Below are positions 62,279-64,000 of a stretch of DNA of 64,000 bases, one piece after another (the first letter of the stretch is position 1; every line of letters starts with the position of its first letter). The notes under the pieces were generated by a model, which did no database searches, was not told where the DNA came from, and was given only the letters and a program-made list of their open reading frames with translations. Position numbers and translations under genes: made by a program. This DNA comes from a virus: the IMG/VR virus record IMGVR_UViG_3300045988_122538. One strand, written 5' to 3'.

Positions 62279-62287
62279 AATCGTTAT
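62279..62287 (+). promoter_or_regulatory. AATCGTTAT box (candidate phage promoter element)
   Basis: Exact copy, intergenic, 56 nt upstream of ATG 62343. Confidence 0.4.
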
Positions 62288-62342
62288 ATACTATGTAAAC
62301 AAGATATTCATAACATATCGAAACACGAAAGGAGAATTATCA

Positions 62343-63221
62343 ATGAACAAAGTATATAGTGAATTTCGTAGAGGTGATGTTTGGTTCGTCAAGCTGAACA
62401 CAGAGTTTGGTGATAATCAGGACAATTCATCTGTTCAACGTAAGAGCAGACCATATCTCATTGTGTCATGCGAAGCTAACAACAACTGCGCACCTACAAT
62501 CAATGCGGTTCCAATTACTACACGTCCTAGTGACCATCTTCCGATGCACATCTATTATGATTATAACGGTAGACATCAGCTTATTCTCTGTGAGCAGATT
62601 ACAACATTGTCTGTTCTTGATTTTCACAGAAGTGGTTCTCATTACATGTATAACTTGAGTGTTGATTTCATGAATACTGTAGATGATGCATTGTCTGCTC
62701 AGCTGGGTTTGCGTCCGAGAGTTGCTGATATGAAGGTACTTGAAAACCTTATTGATAAGATCTCAGCAGATAAAGAAGCAGAACTTAAACGTAAATACGA
62801 AGATGCTATTCAGTCTAAGGTATCTGAAATCGCTGCAAAGTTAGCTAAGAAGTTCAATGTAGATCTTACTTCTCAGGATATGCTTGATGGCGTAACTTAT
62901 AGACCTTCTGAAATTGCTTATGCGTCCAGTGAGGATAAGAAAACGATTTCTGATACAGCAAAAGAGCGTATGACATCGTCATCATCTGTGTCTGAACCTG
63001 AAGAACACATCACAGTTAAAACAAATGCAACTGCTGATGGATCTAAAAAATCAGATAAGAAACACAGCAGACGACAGTGGACAGAAGCAGCTATGAAGGA
63101 ATTTTTAGCAGCAAGTTCTCATCTTTCTGTATCAGCAATGTCTGCTAAATACGGAATTGCAAAGAAATCTGTAACACAGTATGTTTGCTTGTTCAAGAAG
63201 AAGTTGGAAACAAAGGATTAA
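62343..63221 (+). CDS. MazF/PemK-like domain fused to a long C-terminal extension ending in an HTH-like segment
   Basis: The N-terminal ~110 aa (RGDVWFVKL...QRKSRPYLIVS...VPITTRP...LILCEQITTLS) fit the PemK/MazF pattern. The C-terminal ~180 aa are low-complexity, followed by MSAKYGIAKKSVTQYVCLFKKKL. Confidence 0.65.
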   Translation: MNKVYSEFRRGDVWFVKLNTEFGDNQDNSSVQRKSRPYLIVSCEANNNCAPTINAVPITTRPSDHLPMHIYYDYNGRHQLILCEQITTLSVLDFHRSGSHYMYNLSVDFMNTVDDALSAQLGLRPRVADMKVLENLIDKISADKEAELKRKYEDAIQSKVSEIAAKLAKKFNVDLTSQDMLDGVTYRPSEIAYASSEDKKTISDTAKERMTSSSSVSEPEEHITVKTNATADGSKKSDKKHSRRQWTEAAMKEFLAASSHLSVSAMSAKYGIAKKSVTQYVCLFKKKLETKD

Positions 63222-63230
63222 GGTGATATA

Positions 63231-63830
63231 ATGACACCTAAGGAGCTGTTTGATGCTAACACGAGCATTGTAGGATGGTGTTTCAAAAAATATGTAAACA
63301 ATTACAAATCTCCTGAATTTGATGACATTATGCAAGAGGGTATGCTTGGCCTATGGGAAGCAGCTTGTAGATTTGATGACTCTAAAGGATATAAATTCAC
63401 AACATTCGCAGTACCATATGTATTTGGTCGTATGAAACACTATATGAGAAATAAAACAAATGTAATAAGACCACCTAGATCTGTATTTGAAAACAGTGAT
63501 GTTAAAGCATTATCTGAACTATACAGCATACAGTCATTAGATATGGAAGTGTTTGATGACGGTGGTACACCTGTATTATTACGAGACTTGATAGGTGCTC
63601 CTCCTGATGAATACGAATTCATAACAGAAGATCTACTTGAAAGCTTTCTTGATACTATCGACAATCAACTGCACAAAGATATCATGGAAGAGTATTATTA
63701 CTCGTACATATGGGGAATACATTCTAAACAAGTGTACCTGGCAGAAAAGTATGGAACTTGTCAGGCTCAAATTGCTCGAATAATCAAGAAGTACAATCAG
63801 AAATTTGTAGATTTTATACAAAAGTCCTAA
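63231..63830 (+). CDS. sigma-70-family sigma factor
   Basis: Region 2-like: DIMQEGMLGLWEAACRFDDSKGYKFTTFAVPYVFGRMKHYMR. Region 4-like HTH: AEKYGTCQAQIARIIKK. 199 aa. Confidence 0.8.
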   Translation: MTPKELFDANTSIVGWCFKKYVNNYKSPEFDDIMQEGMLGLWEAACRFDDSKGYKFTTFAVPYVFGRMKHYMRNKTNVIRPPRSVFENSDVKALSELYSIQSLDMEVFDDGGTPVLLRDLIGAPPDEYEFITEDLLESFLDTIDNQLHKDIMEEYYYSYIWGIHSKQVYLAEKYGTCQAQIARIIKKYNQKFVDFIQKS

Positions 63831-63840
63831 CAATAATCAA

Positions 63841-63873
63841 TATCATCTACCTTATATAAGTATGTAGATGATA
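63841..63873 (+). terminator. hairpin after the sigma gene, enclosing a TACCTTATATA box
   Basis: Perfect 10-bp inverted repeat TATCATCTAC/GTAGATGATA with a 13-nt loop. No clear U-tract. The motif variant at 63848-58 spans the 5' arm and loop. Confidence 0.4.
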
Positions 63874-63878
63874 TACAT

Positions 63879-63965
63879 GCCGGTGTGATGGAATTGGCAG
63901 ACATAGTTGACTCAAAATCATCTGATATATTTATCGTGTGGGTTCGAGTCCCGCCACCGGCACCA
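63879..63965 (+). tRNA. tRNA-Leu (anticodon CAA), type II, CCA encoded
   Basis: Hand fold: GCCGGTG-TG-ATG-GAATTGGCAGA-CAT-A-GTTGA-CTCAAAA-TCATC-TGATATATTTATCGT-GTGGG-TTCGAGT-CCCGC-CACCGGC-A-CCA. One U-U mismatch in the anticodon stem. Confidence 0.8.
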
Positions 63966-64000
63966 ACACCGCAATGTTGATTTTAACAGCATCGCGGTGA

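Noticed and set aside
1-64000. Lysogeny or mobile-element functions (integrase, repressor/antirepressor, transposase, att sites) and DGR/retron reverse transcriptases
   Set aside because: No ORF shows integrase, recombinase, transposase or RT motifs that I can recognise. The Big_2 fibre gene has no nearby template repeat or RT.

Overview
The window is a contiguous 64 kb piece of a large, AT-rich tailed dsDNA phage with a contractile tail. The host is probably a low-GC Gram-positive anaerobe, judged from CW_7-type endolysin repeats, a SleB-like hydrolase, NrdG and Gram-positive-style AGGAGG ribosome-binding sites. Every credible gene and tRNA lies on the + strand. I regard the minus-strand ORFs in the track as spurious.

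Gene order:
- 5'-truncated putative portal and neck genes
- tail sheath, tube, putative chaperone pair and tape measure
- a baseplate module with M23, amidase_2/SGNH and CHAP/CHAP/tail-lysozyme lysins, plus gp25-like, J-like and gpI-like wedge proteins
- fibre, scaffold and major capsid protein
- endolysin, NrdG, SleB-like hydrolase and SNF2 helicase
- a block of small and very acidic ORFs
- UvrD-like helicase, Rad50/SMC-like ATPase, phosphoribosyltransferase and S1-domain protein
- a 3.3 kb tRNA/structured-RNA island holding one deaminase gene
- P-loop kinase, a MazF/PemK-like fusion protein, a sigma-70-family factor and one more tRNA

Observations most worth a second look:
1. The tRNA island has about 2 kb of ORF-free, hairpin-dense spacer. 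It includes a 537-nt candidate large ncRNA, tRNA-like 3' halves, an aberrant type-II tRNA and a solitary type II-A CRISPR-repeat-like motif.
2. Two over-represented, strand-specific intergenic motifs (AATCGTTAT and AACCTTATATA) look like two phage promoter classes.
3. A terminator-insulated cassette carries a consensus sigma70 promoter driving a codon-atypical, Arg-free, very acidic 116-aa protein.
4. Many otherwise unrelated proteins share a basic N-terminal leader ending in [IVM]-x-[AC]-[SAE]. This may be a prohead-protease or capsid-targeting signal.
5. A MazF-like domain is fused to an HTH tail with no obvious antitoxin.

All functional calls come from motifs recognised by eye. No database search was possible.
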